A stretch of DNA of 63,822 bases, counting the filler. It is 3 parts of 3 records of this genome, joined end to end, with 100 filler letters (N's around TTAATTAATTAA, not from the genome) between each part and the next. Parts side by side here need not be neighbours in the genome. Positions count along the whole stretch, not along the records: positions 25,965 to 56,139 come from SRR20825019_1922; positions 56,240 to 63,822 come from SRR20825019_1927; 1 more part is not named here. One strand, written 5' to 3'. Under the pieces are notes generated by a model, which had not been told where the DNA came from, did not search any database, and saw nothing but the letters and a program-made list of their open reading frames with translations. Made by a program: the position numbers and the translations under genes. Below, piece by piece: positions 50,828 through 61,853 of the stretch. The number at the start of each line of letters is the position of its first letter. Position 1 is the stretch's first letter.

Positions 50828-52246
50828 TTCGTTTGCCGTGTCTTCGCTAACTCTGGTCTGATCTTAACGTTTAAACTAATAATTTCTTTATTGCAAACCA
50901 GAATGCCTTCGCAGGGGGGGGGTGGGGGGGGGGTGCTTCCGGGGGGCGGCATGCCGGCCGGGCAGCATCTGCCGTGCCGGTTTCGTAACTTCCAGTCGTT
51001 GCCATCGCCGCGCTGGCGCCCACACGCGGCGGCCGCGTTGAAGGCCCGGGCCCGCGCCGCGCCCGCCGGGGCGCCGAGCGCGCCACCGACACTGCGGCCC
51101 CACGACCGGGCCGGTCAGTTTCCGTTCTTGGGGGTGCCCTCCGGCGCTGTCACGGCGCCGGCCGTACCGGTCCGGGGGGATCATCCGTCGATTTCATAAA
51201 GTTCCCAATAGGGAAAACATAGGGAAGCCAAGTGACCTCACTCGGGAGATTTCCCATTCCGCCATGCTTGGACCACGCAGTGCGCACGGCACCGCACGCC
51301 TGGCCCGGCTGATCAATGGCTCTTCAAGTTGACCCGACCCCGCGCGCCGGCGGCCGGGCGTGCCTGAGCCGGGCTCAGAGCGCTGCGGTGCGGCCGCTCG
51401 GCCCGGCCGGGCCGGGGGCGGGTGAGCCGCCGCGCCGACTTCCAGGGCGGGCCGGGGACGGCCGGCGCGGACGGGACCCGGCGGCGGCGTCCGGTTCTGC
51501 TTGGGCCACCGGACGGCCTGCCGTGCCGGGCCGGGAAGGATCGCGGGCTCCCGGCCCCCGGTCCCCCAGGCCGGCCTCAGCCTCACTGGCGGGCGGGGGC
51601 CGCGCCCGGCCCGCCGGGCCGCCTCCCGGACCCGCCCCGAGACGGCCGCCGCCGCCAACCCGAACTCGAACTGACCGGCCTGGTGGGGCTGAGCTTGGAG
51701 GCCAACAACCCAGCCGCAGCGAATCGGGGCTCACCCCTGACCGGACGACGTCACGCCAGCGGGGCGTCAGAGCTAGGCACGGCTGCCATGCCGTCCCGCC
51801 CCGGCCCCGGCCCGGGGGGCGGGAGGGCCGTCAACCTCCGGCCACATGAACACACCAAGCGGGGTGGCGGCGCGAGGACAGGTGCGGGCGCTCGTCGCCC
51901 GGTGGCGTGGGGCTGCCTGCATGCTGCGTGGGCGAGGGAGGGAGGTCTCCATCGCCACCAGCTATCTCAACCTGCAAGCCCCATACGAGAAGACGAACCG
52001 AGCCCTACCGGCTATGAGCAAAGTCCTGCCACCACTCTGCTCTCGCAGGTCATAGCTGAAGACGTCGCCTAACTTGGTGACGACGTCAGCGCCCGCCGAG
52101 GCCACTTCTTGCTGTACCAGCAACATAGACAAATATGTAATATTGGTAGTCAGTGTACAGTTGAGAAGCTTCGTGCTGTGATGATATTGCACTGAAACGA
52201 GTACTGTTGTGTCGAGTGCTGGTGGGTACGTCCTTGGTGAAGGCTC

Positions 52247-53454
52247 ATGACGATAAAGGAATCCGCGTCGGAGAAGCACAAGGACTTGCGCCTTGAGCTC
52301 AAGGAGAAGCGGATGAACAAACAGTACAAGATGGAGGTCTGGCGACAAACCCTCATAAACGGACTATCCGGGGTGGCGGCCGGGGCGGCCGGCGCGCTTA
52401 TCCTGTGCCCTCTTGACGTTGTCAAGACCAGGCTTCAAGCCCAAGGTATGTTGTGTGGACTCGGGAAGCTGAAGAGGAGAGTGACTCCAGCGCAGGATTG
52501 CATAAAATACCGGGGGTCCCTCCCAAATACAATGGCACCATGGGCACCATTCGAGTGATCTACGCGGAGGAAAGCTTTCGCAGCTTTTTTAGAGGATTAA
52601 CACCAACAATAGTTGGTCTTGTGCCAACATGGTGCATATATTTCGTCGCGTATGAGCGGCTTAAGGCCGTGCTCCATGATAGTTGTGGACTGGGTTCTAA
52701 TCGGCAGCACTTTGTGAACTGTGCTGCGGCTATGGGGGCAGGCGTGGGAACTGCTTTCGCAACATCCCCGGTTTGGGTTGTTCGGACCAGGCTGATGGTC
52801 AGCGAAGATATGAAACATCCGTGGAAACCAAACGTAGTGAAAAGGGAATATGAGAGCACTCTTCACGCCATTGGGAAAATTTACAGACAGGAAGGCTGGC
52901 GAGGTTTCTTCAAAGGAGTCAGTGCCTCTGCACTCGGCGCCTCACATGTTGCCATACAGTTTCCTATATATGAATACTTGAAAAAGGAGCGTCTTGGAAG
53001 AAGGTTAGAAGGAATTATTGAAGAAAGAAAATGGATTCCTTCTGAAAACACAACTGCCGGCGGGACGGGGGCTGGTGTCGCGCGGGAGGAGATGGGCATG
53101 GGCGACATCGCTTTGGCATCGGCTCTGTCAAAGGTCATAGCTGGGACCGTAACTTATCCGCACGAGGTGGTACGGACACGCATGCAGAACACACGGGACT
53201 GTGAGTAATATGTTCGGGAGGTTTGGTGGTGTAGCGCTGATGATGTGCTTGCAGCTCACCCTAAATTGATGGCGACCGTAAGTGACATCATGAAGCGGGA
53301 GGGGGTGGGGTCCTTCTATAACGGACTCCGCACCAACTTGTACAGGGTCGTGCCGGGTTCCGCCATAACGCTGATTACGTATGAGTACGTTGCTCACTGG
53401 CTGGAAGAACGGTGGGTCCCTCCGTCCGTCACCGGCAAGATATGGAAGGGCTGA
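52247..53454 (+). CDS. Mitochondrial carrier (SLC25; NAD+/folate carrier-like), 3 exons
   Basis: PLDVVKTRLQ, PVWVVRTRL, PHEVVRTRMQ; introns 52446-52495 and 53201-53254. Confidence 0.9.
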
Positions 53455-53748
53455 GCGTCGCCTCCGCATTCCATGGTACTCGTTGAAATATTCAGGCAAC
53501 AAGTGACTTCTTTTGATGTGCCGAGGTATTCACGCAAGGAATCTGTGAGGACCGGGCCACTGGACCCGTGGCGACACCGAGGATGGGGCCACGTTGATTA
53601 GACTCCTGTTCCCTTGGGCTGCCGATCGACCCGGCACCGGCCCGTCTGTATGGAGGAATAGTTTGGTGCTTGTTAACCCAGGCATACATAAAGGGCTGTG
53701 ACCGTGACACCGATTTGGCCCACTGGTATAGGGGACAACAAGGTAACT

Positions 53749-56139
53749 TTAGTTTAGGGTAAGCAGCGCCTGAGCAACCTTGCCTTCCGGGTCATCCTCG
53801 CCCTCCTCCTGCATCGCCACATCTTCACCATCGTCATCCTCTCCGTCTGCCTTGGCCTTCTTCTTTCTCTTCTTGAGCGTGTCAGATGTGTGGCCGGGAG
53901 GGAGGTGCTGGTGGCACTTATCGCACCGTGGTTCCGTTGTACGCCTCGAGTCCTGCTTGATCATCTTACGGATTGACATAGGCATGCATGTGCGGCAATA
54001 AAGGGACCTATCCTTCCCCAGCCGTGCACCCATGACCATATCCGTGCCACCGCATTTGCAACAGACACGGTTCTCCATGCTGCTGTACTTGGTCCACCAG
54101 CCCATGCAGGGCATGCACCACCTATCCTTACCCATGCGAACGCCACCCGCGTTATACGGAACTGCGGCGCGTTTGAGTCCGTCAAGAGGGCGTGAACAAT
54201 ACTGGCATTTGAGTTCCTTCTTCTCCCTCTCCCTGCAGTCGACACACACAACCTCGTCACTCTCCGATCCCCGTTCGAAGTGGCGGCGAAGAAGGACTTC
54301 AGTGGTCTTGCCGCAAGTCTGGCACAAGAGCTCGTCCAACGATTTTCCACCCTTCCTCCATGTGTGGCAATTGTAACAAACGTAACTCGGCGGTGTTTGT
54401 CCTGGAATACGGTACGCTCTCTTGTGATGCAGTGTTGCATACTTCACAAGGCAGTGGGAGCAGCGACCAGTGAAATCTTCCGGTGGAGTCGTGGTGATGT
54501 CACCATGGTTGGCATTTTGGGCGGCCTCCTTCGTTAGGTCGATCTGAGACGGGCCCTGGGCAAAAAGTTTGCTGAGTGAGTTCAAGCACTGGCAACAGTA
54601 ATTGCCAGAGGGAAATATGCTCAAAGAGGCATCCTTGAGCTGCTGCTTGGATAGAGGGAAGGTCTTCCGGTGGGCAGTCTTACAGACCCTGCAGCTACGC
54701 TTGCCGGGCGCGTCGGAAGCCCCAGCTGTCATCCACTTCATATGCTCCACCTTGCACGCCTTGCAGAGCTTAAGCTCATGTTCAGGGTTACCATCTTCGG
54801 CAGGCACTCGGTGCCAATTCCATCCCGCGGCCGTAGAGCGGCCCAGTCCACAGAAGGAGCAGGTGTCACATACGTCGATACTGGCCTTGTCCTTTGGTAC
54901 AATGTCCGGGTTTTCCACCACAGCACACTCCCGGCAGACCCTCCAGCCAGGCTTGCCACACACCTTCAGTCCTTGTGAGTGGAAGAGGCGGACATGCGTC
55001 CCGCCATACGTCTGGGTGGTTGAGGCGGTAAGTAGGGGAAGCTCCACCGTGCAACGCATGCAGTTCAGGCCGACCGTCTGAACCATGATACAGTCAACGC
55101 ACATGAGAAAATAGCCATCACCCCAAGGCATCCTGGCCAGATTGGCTGGGCAATGACACTGGATGCACCGCCGACGCTGGAGTGAGTTCGCGCCATTCTC
55201 AACACGATACCTATAACATTCGACACACAGCACCACGCCAGGGTTCGGGTCGGCAGTCACCGCCCCGCTCCGACCAACAATCTTCACTACTCCCTGCTTC
55301 TTTTTCGGAGGCTGACCGTTCGCCTCGCCGGCCGTGGCGTTGGGGACGGGCCGATCGTTTTCATCGCCATGCCCATTCTTATCCTTGTTGCCTTGGTCGT
55401 CACCATCAGAGTCGTCCTCGTGTATGAGGCGAGACTCGGGCAGCTGGTCTGCCTCTTCAGGGCCGTCATCGCCATTCTCACCATCCTCATTCGCAGCCGC
55501 GTCCTTCTTGTCACCTACATCTGGTGTGTGTTTTTTCGCCGAAGGATCATTCTCTGGGAGGGTGTACTGAGGCAGCAGGTTATTCCAGCCGAGGAGAGGG
55601 CCGCGGCAGTGGTCACACTTGTTCCTCCTGAATCCCTTCGACTTACGCCCGTCTAGCGGGGTCTCCGTAGCACAGTGCACACACGTGTGATTGCTCCTCT
55701 TGTTCGCCACGCGGAAGACACCAGTACGGGACGAGAACTGCTTCCCATTCGGAAAGATCGTGCAGTCGGGCGACACACACAGGGGGTCATAGTATTCCTC
55801 GGGCTCTCCCAGTAGCTCCCCTTCAGGCCCAAACTGCTCAACCCTCCTCTTGTATCCTCTCTTTACCGCGGCCTGGATGCCGGGTTTGTTCGTCATGTCC
55901 TTTACCCGGTTCATGTGAGAAGTCACATCAGGTACCGCCTCTGTAGCAGTATGAGCCGGTGCGTCACGATTCTTGGGAGGTCTCCCCCTTTTCCGCGGTG
56001 GGTCGTTTGGCGATCTCTTTTTCTTCCGCTGCTCAGGGAAATGGCTGTACACAAAGTTCACCTCATCGTTGGCCTGCTGTTGCACCTCGTCGGGAATTGC
56101 CAGGGCTTCCTGGGCATGCTGGGCATGCTGGGCATGCTG
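53749..56139 (-). CDS. AT-hook + multiple C4 (GATA-like) zinc-finger protein (5' truncated)
   Basis: RKRGRPPK; about 20 CxxC knuckles; basic NLS-like tracts; frame open to the contig edge (QHAQHAQHAQ). Confidence 0.7.
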   Translation of the reverse strand, partial: QHAQHAQHAQEALAIPDEVQQQANDEVNFVYSHFPEQRKKKRSPNDPPRKRGRPPKNRDAPAHTATEAVPDVTSHMNRVKDMTNKPGIQAAVKRGYKRRVEQFGPEGELLGEPEEYYDPLCVSPDCTIFPNGKQFSSRTGVFRVANKRSNHTCVHCATETPLDGRKSKGFRRNKCDHCRGPLLGWNNLLPQYTLPENDPSAKKHTPDVGDKKDAAANEDGENGDDGPEEADQLPESRLIHEDDSDGDDQGNKDKNGHGDENDRPVPNATAGEANGQPPKKKQGVVKIVGRSGAVTADPNPGVVLCVECYRYRVENGANSLQRRRCIQCHCPANLARMPWGDGYFLMCVDCIMVQTVGLNCMRCTVELPLLTASTTQTYGGTHVRLFHSQGLKVCGKPGWRVCRECAVVENPDIVPKDKASIDVCDTCSFCGLGRSTAAGWNWHRVPAEDGNPEHELKLCKACKVEHMKWMTAGASDAPGKRSCRVCKTAHRKTFPLSKQQLKDASLSIFPSGNYCCQCLNSLSKLFAQGPSQIDLTKEAAQNANHGDITTTPPEDFTGRCSHCLVKYATLHHKRAYRIPGQTPPSYVCYNCHTWRKGGKSLDELLCQTCGKTTEVLLRRHFERGSESDEVVCVDCREREKKELKCQYCSRPLDGLKRAAVPYNAGGVRMGKDRWCMPCMGWWTKYSSMENRVCCKCGGTDMVMGARLGKDRSLYCRTCMPMSIRKMIKQDSRRTTEPRCDKCHQHLPPGHTSDTLKKRKKKAKADGEDDDGEDVAMQEEGEDDPEGKVAQALLTLN

Positions 56140-56239
56140 NNNNNNNNNNNNNNNNNNNNNNNNNNNNNNNNNNNNNNNNNNNNTTAATTAATTAANNNNN
56201 NNNNNNNNNNNNNNNNNNNNNNNNNNNNNNNNNNNNNNN
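56140..56239. other. Artificial contig spacer
   Basis: N44-TTAATTAATTAA-N44. Confidence 0.98.
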
Positions 56240-56333
56240 CACACACACACACACAACGCCTCGCACACTCGTAATCATAAAAGAACACACCCACATATTA
56301 AACGTTACATACACACCCATTTTGACAAATAAT

Positions 56334-59300
56334 ATGCCTAGTACCAACACTTCATCTGCGACGATAGATGGCCAGGCCCAGTCCGGCCGTATCTTCACTG
56401 CGCTCTTCTCCGAGATGGAGTCTAACGCGGTAGACTGTTTAAACCTACTTGATGTGGAAGTCGTCAAGCAGCACCCGCCCCTCCGAAGGCTGGTACTAGC
56501 TGTATTAGAACTCCTACAATCTGATGTCGCACGTATGGAGTACTTTGAGTTTGAAGTAGATAACTTTCAACAACTGCAGCAACGCTATCATCAACATCAG
56601 CAGCAGCTGTCAGGCTCTGGCAGTCCCAAGAAGGAGCGTACTAGCGTTGTCACTATTGACAAGGGCGCCATCACTTCTACTAGCGACCATCATAACCCCG
56701 CACACCATCCTAATCAACAACATTCCCTAACCTCAAGCACAGCTGACGTCGTAATTAACTCCTCCAGCACCACAACCAACCTCACCACTTCTAGCAGTAA
56801 CAAGGTACAGTCCTTGTTGGTGATGATTGTGCCGCCATACCCTGTTATTCACAGGGGTACTTGGGCCCGGCTAGAGAGGGCCTTCGTAGACCTCGATCAT
56901 TTCACTCTGAATGCATCTAGGTACTACATCTCTGACCGACGACTGCTGGCACGGTTATCTCACTGCCTAGTTGCATGGAGAGAGTTAGAGAAGTGCAAGG
57001 AGGTGCTTTACACGGCAATCCACGATACCGATGCTGCTGCTGCTGCCAATTCTACAACTGGTAATAATACGGCTACCTCAATTTCATCATCTTCACTACA
57101 CCGAGGTGGCAGTGGTCGGGATAAGTCGAAAACTAGTATTACCTCCCCCGAGACTTTCGCACTACTCACCTCCAACATCTCCAAGTCCCACATGGCTTTT
57201 GTAGATGCATGCTTTTCCTTGATGGAGGTCCTACCAAAAATACACCACAAGATGGGGGATGCACCAGTCATCTCGAGCTGCTCACTTCTGGATGCCATCA
57301 CGAGCCGTATGCCAGATACAGTCTCTCCTATTGTACACATGGTAGGCCTCACGATCCTACCCCCTATTGTGATGATGCTAATGGGCAAATTCATCGCAGC
57401 GAATTTTACTACAAATAATATTCAGAGCTCTCTACTCAAGCGATTCGCTCTCATCAATACAGTTGCGGTGGGGGCTAATGTAATTTTATACATCTCTCAA
57501 GAAATCTCCCACCGAAACAATTTAAGTAGGGTCACAAATGTATTGACTGATGTCCAGCCGATTGTGTTCACTGTGCCAGATGAGGGGAACTTAAACACGA
57601 GTGGTAATAGTAATGACCCACTTCTACCTACACACGCCCAGATGAACAACCAGTTAGCCAGTTGGCAGCGTGAGTTAGCCTGGCGCTTTCCCAACCTACC
57701 AATTCCATCCACCCAATCGACGCCCCCTGAGAAAGCATTCCTCTACTTCCCTCGAAGTGATACAGATGACGGCTCCATCCTCGGCATGACTCTCTCTCAC
57801 CAATGCCCCTCCGCACTCCAACAACGTCGCCTTCTAGCTAATGTAGGGCAAGCTCAGTCCTCCCAGCACTTTGGCCCCTTCGCTCCCATATCAGCCTTCT
57901 TCCCACACTACGTGCTCAAGGGTTGCTTAGCCACATACTTCCAAGGTGGCCCGCAACCGATGGCCGCTTCCATCAACACTCCCCAAACTCCCTCCGACCT
58001 CCTCACATCAAAGCACCACCGCCAACATACCAGCAGCAGTCGGAACATCAAACGCCGCATCATCAGCGGCCTGGATGATACCACGTTACAGTCCCCCCTA
58101 GTAAGTACCAACACTACCACCGATAATAAGCGGCAGTCTCAAAGTGTGCTATTGTCGTCTGGGAGTCAATTTATGAGGGATAGAATGATGGATGATCAGG
58201 TGGCTGGATCTCGGGGCCGTGGGGATCATCAAAGTGCTACTGATGGTGATGTTGAGGAGGTAATAGTCAGAGGTGGTGGTGGAGGAGCCCTCTCCGAGGT
58301 TTCTTCAGGCCAAGGAAGTAATGTAGATGTGTCGGATCGGAGCGATGGTACATCCCATCTTCAAGAGGTACCTACTCCCCCAGTCCCACTCTCATCAGGT
58401 GATATCCAAGAGTCCTCCGCTAGCTTCTTCTCCCCACCCCCCAACACCACAACTACTCTCGGCACTGATGGAGATATGAAGAGTAAGAATGATGGTTCGG
58501 CGGTGGGATCGTGGTTAGTGGGGGAGGTAAGCTTCTGCCTCAATCGACTTGCAGAGGCCTCTGCTTCATTTTCTAGCCGTAATAAACTTCTTCTCAGTGA
58601 TACCACTACTTCTACCACACTACAACAGTCTTCGTCTGTAAAGGCACTTCCTCACCCTCCTACTATGGTGAATCAAGCCCAACAGACGGATGTCATGTCC
58701 TTCTCTCCACTACATTCCGACCTGGGGGTCTCCGCAATAAATACCGATTCTACATCGCCTCTTATTGATAGTGATACCGCCATTGGGGCACCTGGTACAG
58801 CAGTAGTAGCTTCATTCGAGGAGGCATATCAGCAGGATGAAGAAGAGGAGGATGTCGATCTTGGGGTGGACATCGCACTCCTACTCCCCCAGACTAAATC
58901 TATGCCGATTTACGGGGTTGACGATGCGGCCGTACACCCCCATAGCGCCTCCTGGGACACAACCCTATCAAGCTTCGAGTTGATTCCCTATATAGAAATA
59001 TCGGGCTCCAACATCTCTGTATTATTTGTAAAGGATGGACATGTGATGGATGAGGTCAATGGGGCAACTGCAGCAGGTAGTGGGGGGTGTAGGTCTCCTA
59101 TACAGGCCAAAGCTGCTGAGACCCGGGCACCAGCCGCTGACCGCCTTTCTGCCCTCATTAGTAGCGCCGAAATAGCGAGAAAGCCAAGCATACTGTTTAT
59201 AGTAGCCCATGCATCAGACGTCATTGCTAACACTCTTAGGCAGGTCTCCCAGCAGCAGGTGGCGGATGTGCCAATGGAGTCTCTCGTAGTGGTGGTTACT

Positions 59301-61853
59301 AATCGGGTATCGGAGGTGGCCACACTACTCCCCATCCTCTCTGCCCTCGATGCCCCCATCACATCATCCTCCCCCCACCAGCAACTCCCTGCCCACCAAC
59401 CATGCAGCCGTCGCCCTTATGTTATTGTGGACCTTACCTGCATTACTGACATTACTCATGTACCCAACCCCCAGATGGCGGCCCTAACTACTCTCCTTGG
59501 TGATAGGCATGCCTGTGCTACCCTAGTATTTACCTCAAGCCCCACCTCTACCAATGAGGTGGATAACAACCACATACTATCCCACATTGTGGGGCTACAA
59601 TCCTCATCCAGGTTGGATTATCCGTTACGCCATGATGTTGTTCGTACGTTGGTTGCTGCAGGAGGTGCGTCCCCCACATCACGATCCCAAAGCGGCAGTC
59701 ATAACCACCCATGTGGCAACAGCCCACAGAGCGTTGCGAGGCTTCTAGGCGGTAGTAGTAACATTGGTAAGCCGCCACTGGCTGCCCTCCGTTACTCCCA
59801 CAACTCCCCATCCTCCCACCCAACAATCCCCCACGTGCGTGTTAATTCCCGAGATAGCGTAACACACGACTGGCCCCGTTCATCTCACAGTCCCCTCTCT
59901 GCACTACCTCCGTCGGGAAAAGTGAATCGCATCTTGAGTGTCGACTCAACCTTCTCCAACGGCACTGATCGACTAGGAGCTATTTCTTCAGGAGGTGGGG
60001 CTAGATCCACTGTCACAATAGTCGACGACATTCATCAGAGTAGGAATCCGCTATTCCTTTCCCAAAGCCAAATGACGACGAATGGTATATTCTCGGGTGC
60101 CTCATCGGTTAATCTCACGACTCACTCTCCCCACTTCACAAGGGGGAGTGCTAATGGGTCCTTCCGTCGTGGTGGGGGTAGTAGTATTGGCTCAGATGTC
60201 TTCCCAGAGGGCGTCTCCTGCAAGATTAGTAGGTGCATTGGACATGGTACCTTCGGAGTTGTGTTTTTGGGAAGGCTTAGACAGATGCCTGAGACGGATG
60301 TTGCCATCAAGCAGTTCTACCTACGAACAGGGGAAGAGGATCAATTCCTGGTCGACATTGCCTATGAAGCTGCCCTCCTTCGCTACCTCGAACACCCAAA
60401 CATCGTTCAATACTACAACAGCTTCGTAAGTGATAATTGTGTCAACATTGTCATGCAGTATTGTAACGGTGGTAATCTTAATCTGCGAATTGGAAGTGCG
60501 TCTCTCAGGAGTGAGGAGTACTTGATGATGATGAGGGACATCTTGGAGGGTATCGTTTACCTACACGAACACTCCATCATGCACAGGGACCTAAAGCCAG
60601 AAAACGTCCTCTTCCACGACGGAACCCTAATGCTCGCAGATTTTGGAACAGCCACGAAGAGTATTGAAACGGTGGATGGTCTTCATGAAATTAAGGGAAC
60701 TTTTGCGTATATGGCCCCCGAGGTGCTGCTAGGAAAGGAGTACGGCATTGCGTGTGATATATGGTCATTTGGCTGCATTTGTGCGGATTTGATTGGTGTT
60801 CCACTTCCACACAGGAACATGGACCTCCAAGCTATCCGTCATCTTTATAGTGATGCATCTGACCTCAAGAAGCCCGTATTTAAATACGATCCCAATAATC
60901 GTCTTCCGAAAGATGTGCGGGCCTTTTTCGATTTATGTTTCGACATGGATTGGAAGAAGCGTGGATCGGCCAGACTTCTCCAGGAGTGTACCCTTATGAA
61001 CGATCCCGCTGTTATTACAAAATACCAGAAGCACCTCCAGTTCGGCCAGCTTGCTCAAAACTCCCTTACATCGGCTAGCATTGCAGAGGCAAAGCGGTTA
61101 ACACGATCCATGCGGTCCAACAACACTCGCTACTCTGGTGCCAGCAGTCTGGGAGATGTTCACTCTGCCGTCGATGGGGTTGTATTGTACTCTGTCGCTA
61201 ATAGGTCACAGGTAGTGGAGCGTTTCCTACGCAGCGGTCGCGTATCCCGCCAGAATACCCCACTCCACTCTGCTGTTACAAGCGACCTACCTCTTATTGA
61301 TATAGTACCCCCTCAAGCAGCATCCCCCTTCCACCACGGTAGCCCCCTACACAGACCAACCCACCATCATGCCCGTCTAGGCCGGTCTGCTCGTAGTGAA
61401 TTCGAAGCCTCCTTTGATAGCGGTCCGTTAACAGGAATCCGTTTCTCTCGTTCAGTTGCGTCGTCTTCCACAGGTGGGGCTGGATTCGTACCTGCTCACC
61501 TTCCCAAGCCACGGCTCCCAACTGGTCGTAATCCCAACTCTCAGTCACGAGGCTCCGCAGTGTCTAAGCGCCATGGCGGAGATGCCACTACTAGGGCATC
61601 TGGTGTGATATCACCAGTAGAGGTACCAGGCACTGATGTAGGAGACCACGATCCATTGTATGGGTCAGGTATGGGTGAGGAGGAGAGTGGTGGAGGTGGT
61701 GATAGCGATGCCTTCAGCAGGTCTCATGATGTTAATGAAGATGATGGAAGTATATGGTTCCCTGTAAACCAATTGCTTGGGAGTAAATTGGGGCTGACCC
61801 CTACCTCACCTCTGTCACCAGTTCGCAAGTCCCCAACATCCGATTCAGAGTAG
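56334..61853 (+). CDS. Large intronless membrane-anchored Ser/Thr protein kinase (STE/MAP3K-like)
   Basis: IGHGTFG, VAIK, HRDLKPEN, DFG, GTFAYMAPE, DIWSFG; two hydrophobic helices near aa 340-390; first ATG 56334. Confidence 0.88.
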   Translation: MPSTNTSSATIDGQAQSGRIFTALFSEMESNAVDCLNLLDVEVVKQHPPLRRLVLAVLELLQSDVARMEYFEFEVDNFQQLQQRYHQHQQQLSGSGSPKKERTSVVTIDKGAITSTSDHHNPAHHPNQQHSLTSSTADVVINSSSTTTNLTTSSSNKVQSLLVMIVPPYPVIHRGTWARLERAFVDLDHFTLNASRYYISDRRLLARLSHCLVAWRELEKCKEVLYTAIHDTDAAAAANSTTGNNTATSISSSSLHRGGSGRDKSKTSITSPETFALLTSNISKSHMAFVDACFSLMEVLPKIHHKMGDAPVISSCSLLDAITSRMPDTVSPIVHMVGLTILPPIVMMLMGKFIAANFTTNNIQSSLLKRFALINTVAVGANVILYISQEISHRNNLSRVTNVLTDVQPIVFTVPDEGNLNTSGNSNDPLLPTHAQMNNQLASWQRELAWRFPNLPIPSTQSTPPEKAFLYFPRSDTDDGSILGMTLSHQCPSALQQRRLLANVGQAQSSQHFGPFAPISAFFPHYVLKGCLATYFQGGPQPMAASINTPQTPSDLLTSKHHRQHTSSSRNIKRRIISGLDDTTLQSPLVSTNTTTDNKRQSQSVLLSSGSQFMRDRMMDDQVAGSRGRGDHQSATDGDVEEVIVRGGGGGALSEVSSGQGSNVDVSDRSDGTSHLQEVPTPPVPLSSGDIQESSASFFSPPPNTTTTLGTDGDMKSKNDGSAVGSWLVGEVSFCLNRLAEASASFSSRNKLLLSDTTTSTTLQQSSSVKALPHPPTMVNQAQQTDVMSFSPLHSDLGVSAINTDSTSPLIDSDTAIGAPGTAVVASFEEAYQQDEEEEDVDLGVDIALLLPQTKSMPIYGVDDAAVHPHSASWDTTLSSFELIPYIEISGSNISVLFVKDGHVMDEVNGATAAGSGGCRSPIQAKAAETRAPAADRLSALISSAEIARKPSILFIVAHASDVIANTLRQVSQQQVADVPMESLVVVVTNRVSEVATLLPILSALDAPITSSSPHQQLPAHQPCSRRPYVIVDLTCITDITHVPNPQMAALTTLLGDRHACATLVFTSSPTSTNEVDNNHILSHIVGLQSSSRLDYPLRHDVVRTLVAAGGASPTSRSQSGSHNHPCGNSPQSVARLLGGSSNIGKPPLAALRYSHNSPSSHPTIPHVRVNSRDSVTHDWPRSSHSPLSALPPSGKVNRILSVDSTFSNGTDRLGAISSGGGARSTVTIVDDIHQSRNPLFLSQSQMTTNGIFSGASSVNLTTHSPHFTRGSANGSFRRGGGSSIGSDVFPEGVSCKISRCIGHGTFGVVFLGRLRQMPETDVAIKQFYLRTGEEDQFLVDIAYEAALLRYLEHPNIVQYYNSFVSDNCVNIVMQYCNGGNLNLRIGSASLRSEEYLMMMRDILEGIVYLHEHSIMHRDLKPENVLFHDGTLMLADFGTATKSIETVDGLHEIKGTFAYMAPEVLLGKEYGIACDIWSFGCICADLIGVPLPHRNMDLQAIRHLYSDASDLKKPVFKYDPNNRLPKDVRAFFDLCFDMDWKKRGSARLLQECTLMNDPAVITKYQKHLQFGQLAQNSLTSASIAEAKRLTRSMRSNNTRYSGASSLGDVHSAVDGVVLYSVANRSQVVERFLRSGRVSRQNTPLHSAVTSDLPLIDIVPPQAASPFHHGSPLHRPTHHHARLGRSARSEFEASFDSGPLTGIRFSRSVASSSTGGAGFVPAHLPKPRLPTGRNPNSQSRGSAVSKRHGGDATTRASGVISPVEVPGTDVGDHDPLYGSGMGEEESGGGGDSDAFSRSHDVNEDDGSIWFPVNQLLGSKLGLTPTSPLSPVRKSPTSDSE

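Noticed and set aside
50871-52072. Many Arg/Pro/Gly/Ala-rich ORFs in GC islands (also 31910-32520 and 37895-38101)
   Set aside because: Stop-codon depletion in very GC-rich non-coding DNA; no protein motifs.
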